64,000 bases of DNA from Chiloscyllium plagiosum (Eukaryota): NCBI RefSeq assembly GCF_004010195.1, contig NC_057713.1, positions 92,531,147-92,595,146 on the forward strand, given 5' to 3'. Position numbers and translations under genes: made by a program. The notes beneath the pieces were generated by a model. That model had not been told where the DNA came from. It saw nothing but the letters and a program-made list of their open reading frames with translations, and did no database searches. Shown here piece after piece: positions 60,106-64,000 of the stretch; within the stretch, counting starts at the first letter, position 1; each line of letters begins with the position of its first letter.

Positions 60106-62744
60106 TTTTATTTTATGGATTTTACGGAGGAGGGAATGGGACAGATTACACTCCCAGATAAAAAGTCAGTTCGCACCTTGCTGTCGTGAAGTCTGGCTGT
60201 CCTGCAACGATCGTTTTATGTTATATAAACCAACCTGTTTGTACATGTTATGACACAACTCTGGAGCAAGGGGGACTTGAACCTGGACCTTATAGCCTGA
60301 GGCAGAGACACTATCACTGCCAGTAGATGCTCACTCCCACAGTGACGAGATGCTAGGGTAGTCTGAATTGATTCCAAATGGGATTTCCACCCCTTGGGGA
60401 CAGGATTTCCCATCCTAGAAAGCTGCCAGTCAGTCTCATTGGTTGATAAATCTGCAGTCCCACTATGGTATTGAAAGCCATCCCTCAGGAAAAGGGAGAC
60501 ATGGATGTAAGATCCTAGCAAGGCAGAATGGGGTTGGGAGGGGTGTTCAAGATGCTAAGGGAAGGGTGATTGGTTGGTCCACAAAGGGCATGGAGACACC
60601 TACAAAGAGGAATTCCCTCCCCCTTCCTGTCTGCCAATAAAACATGCAATGAAAGCTGCATACCTATTCATAATGTTCGCCTCTTCTCCTGCAGAAGCAA
60701 AATGAGGCTCTTAAGCAGTTTATGAACTGCAACTTATTATAGGCCTAATATAGGACTAAGTACAGGTGGGCTGCCTGACATGTTACACCTTCCCCACCAA
60801 ATGAATAATATAGAGTACACATACCTGGTGGGCAGAAAGATGGCAGGCTGAGAACCCACTTTATTTTGGGTGCTTCCCCCATTCATCAAATACCCCAATA
60901 GGTGGGCCACAAAAAGCACTGTAATGTCTCATCTGAAAGATGCACGTTCAACAATGATGCACCCCCACAAGTGTCAGGCTTGATTTTCATTCTCTAGTTT
61001 CTACAGTGGGGTTTGAACCCATGGGCACTTTGTTTAGAGATGAAAGAGCTGCCAACTGAGGTATGACTTGACACTTTCTGCAAATAACTTTTTTTCACTG
61101 ATAATTAAATACTTTTCTTCAGTGATAACTGAAAAACAATTTTAAAGATGAAACATATAATTATGAAGAGACATGTTTTAGCTCCCAGTAAAGTCAAGTA
61201 AAATATCAGCAGGAAGAAATTAAATTTAAATTTTTATCAAAATAGAAAAATATTCTCTGTCCCATTGGATCTCCTACACCAGTCCTTCTGTTTAACACTG
61301 AGGACAGGTGTGACATGTGGCTGTTAAATGGAGTTGTGCTAAATTTGAACTGTTCCCTTAAGCCCAATGCTCAAGTAGTCCCTATAGGAATACACACTAC
61401 GTAGACAAGTGTGAGAAATCATTGATAACTACTGAGCTCAGTTGGATGCTCTTGTTAAGGTCTGTCCCAGGACAATGAGATCCTATGATAAATGGCCGGC
61501 TTTCATTTAATTAAGAATGATCTATAACAAAACATGGAACTTTGAAGAGCATTGTATTTGTTCAACATGTGCACGCAATGGTGCTTTAAGTTAAAATACC
61601 ACAGGAAACATTCTCAACTGTCTTATTTAAAGATGTGTTATGATGTCCCTCTGCTAATACCTTCTGTTTGGAAAAATGACTCCAAATGGTGCAAATTTTA
61701 TACTAACCCATTAATATATTTTTATAAATATTCACTGTTCTTCCATCATTAAATTGCTGCCATAGTTTAGAAAAATGAAAGGTATTGTCATTGAATGGTA
61801 ACATATTCTTAGAAGTCTTCTCTGTCTCAACAATGGCTGCTTATTCAACGATTACATCCAATAATGAAATTGATAGATGTCTGGAAACTAAAGGAATCAG
61901 GAGATCTGGGAAATAGGGCTGGAAAGTGAAATCGAGGTGAGGATAGCTGTGATCTTACAAAATAATGGCACAGGCTAGAAGGGTTATCTGTCCTCCTGGT
62001 CTGATTTCTTATGTTTTTATGCTTATCTGTGTTAATGAATGCAAGTAATTTTGTTGGTGAAGAAGCAACTGTTAAAGTCTGGTCTCTCTGATCTTATGCA
62101 TCAATCATTTATCCTGGTGCATTGAATATACAGGCTAGCTTTGAATCAAGACTTTTCTTTATTACGTAATGTATATAATATATATCCTAATGTGATTCAC
62201 AACTACATTAAAATGGCAACAATTCTGACTTTTATTAATAACATCATGGCTTCTCTGTGCCTGCAGCTGAAATAGCTCAGCTTTTCTAGTACTCAGACAA
62301 TTTATGAGTCTTTAAATGAATCTTGACACAATGAATTTTCATTTCTGTGCTGAAGAATTTAAAGCTATTCTATCTCATAACACATACTGTTAAAATGGTG
62401 ATACAATTGAAGAAAAGTTTGTCAGCTTTTATCATTTTGTTTTGGTTTGCATTTTTTTTGTAAATAACTGTTCTGCTTAAATATCAATTGGTGACACTTT
62501 CATGGTCAATCTTTTGCACTGTGTACAACAATATAGCATGTTCTACTTTCATCTCATCTAGCAAGATCAAAGCTCCCTCTGGTGTCAGGACCAGCTTGTG
62601 TTTATAGTGCCATGACCCCACAAACTGAAACCCATACACCCAAGCTGTTTAGAAAAGTGGCTTGACTGAAGGAATACTCTCAAGGTGAGACTGGAATGAA
62701 CACTGCAAACAACTTGCAAGGCAAACGGGATCCATAACAATGGC

Positions 62745-63630
62745 TGTTACAGCATTGTAGCTGTCATGCATCTGAGCTGGAGGGTTCAAGTCCCACTCCA
62801 CAGCTTTGAGCGTAAAGCTCTTGCTTGATCCTGCAAGGCAGGAAGGACGGAGTGGTGCACTGTCAGAAGTCATCTTTTTCGGATCAGCTATTAATTGAAA
62901 TGCCCTATCGGCCCTCTCAGAATGATGTGAAAGACCTTTCTAACAAAGTGTTGAAGAGTTAGCTCACATGACCCAGCCAGCATTATCAATCAGATCAGCA
63001 TCACACTGTAAACTTTTGCTATAAATCCTGTGTCCTAAGATCTCATACTCCACAACCACCTGAAGGAGCAGCACTCCGAAAGCTAGTACTTCCAAATAAA
63101 CCTGTTGGTCTATAACCTGGTGCTGTGTGATTTTTAACTTTGTACACCCCAGTCCAACACTGGCACCTCCAAATTAATAAAGCATATAATCTTGTTATCA
63201 CTTCATTGCTGTTTGAAAGAGCTTGTTGTGCTCAAATTGTCTGGTATGTTTCCTATATCAAATCATTAATACTCTTTAAAAGTACATTGCAGTCTAAGAA
63301 CAAGGTGTAAGCCATTCAGGACTGAGAGCAGGAAGAATTTCTTCAGAGTGTTGTGAACCTGTGGAATTCTCTGGGATCAGTTCGTTAGATATATTCAAGA
63401 GAGAGCTGGACGTGGCCCTTGTGGCTAAAGGGATTGAGGGGTAGGAGAGAAATCATGAGTGGGATACTGAAGTTGCAGGATCAGCCATGATCATACTGAA
63501 TGGTGGTGCAGGCTCAAAGGGTCAAATTAGCTTCCAGTTTTTAGCTCAAGTTTTAGGCCAAATTAGTTTCGGCCAATTTAGCTGTGTAAAGCCCTTCAGT
63601 ACTATGCTGAGGCCTTGAAAGGTACTATAC
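62745..63630 (+). mobile_element. Deu-domain SINE split by a Penelope pLTR arm (about 63040-63175) and a CR1 3' end (about 63295-63530)
   Basis: Head gggttcaagtcccactcca and Deu core at 62870-62960; SINE resumes at 63190-63290 and 63580-63630. Confidence 0.6.
63040..63175 (+). mobile_element. Single-arm Penelope pLTR plus tail (family of 57436-57632) with a decayed hammerhead
   Basis: ccacCTGAaggagcagcactccGAAAgctagtacttccaaataaacctgttggtctataacctgg...tgtacaccccagtccaacac. Confidence 0.78.
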
Positions 63631-64000
63631 CAGGTGTTTCTGTATAAACCTATATTTACATTAAAGAGCATTAAGTGCTACTATAAGCTTGTCTTAGACA
63701 TTGCATTCACCAATGTTCACTTATGGCTTCTTCCACAGTAGACAACCCATTAAAAAAATTATAATAGCTCTTCCTTTTGATTTCTTATCCATACAACACA
63801 AGAGTCCTATTATTTGTCCTATGGATTCTGAGGAGTCACATGCTCAACCTGCAGCTTATTATTGCTAAATGATCAGTCTGTTCATCCTCTCCAATAAAAG
63901 AGGATCCCTCAAGCTACATAAGATGTATAAGAAGATATGCAGGATCCTTTATGAACCGTGCGATAGAATAAAAGGGTAGGGAGATTTAGCTCCACAGCTA

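Overview
Eukaryotic, repeat-rich vertebrate DNA. The repeat complement (HE1-type V-SINEs, Deu-domain SINEs, CR1/HER1-type LINEs, Penelope-like elements) points to a cartilaginous fish (inference). The only host coding sequence I can support is one 693-nt minus-strand exon (46426-47118) matching the penultimate, C-terminal transactivation-domain exon of NFATC1. The rest of the window is therefore most likely NFATC1 intron: part of the upstream intron to the right and the long last intron to the left. I found no canonical neighbouring exons. Nearly all other ORFs in the track are spurious or transposon debris (CR1, Rex1/Babar, RTE, Gypsy gag/protease, Harbinger transposase, Penelope RT). The most striking structure is a set of six fold-back (palindromic) insertions from at least three Penelope-like families. 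Each is built around a minimal hammerhead-ribozyme motif (CUGANGA-helix II-GAAA-NNUH). The five complete copies have a one-sided 30-45-nt tail and 13-16-bp target-site duplications; the sixth runs into an assembly gap. In four of them the fold-back point sits at the 5' edge of the ribozyme core. Also notable: the internal splice donor that makes mammalian NFATc1 isoform B is one base away from existing here (CAG/ATGAGT instead of CAG/GTGAGT), a MITE with perfect 68-bp TIRs, and a candidate SINE/LINE pair sharing a 3' tail. Repeat boundaries were read by eye and are approximate unless TSDs are quoted. Family names come from remembered consensus motifs, not a database search.
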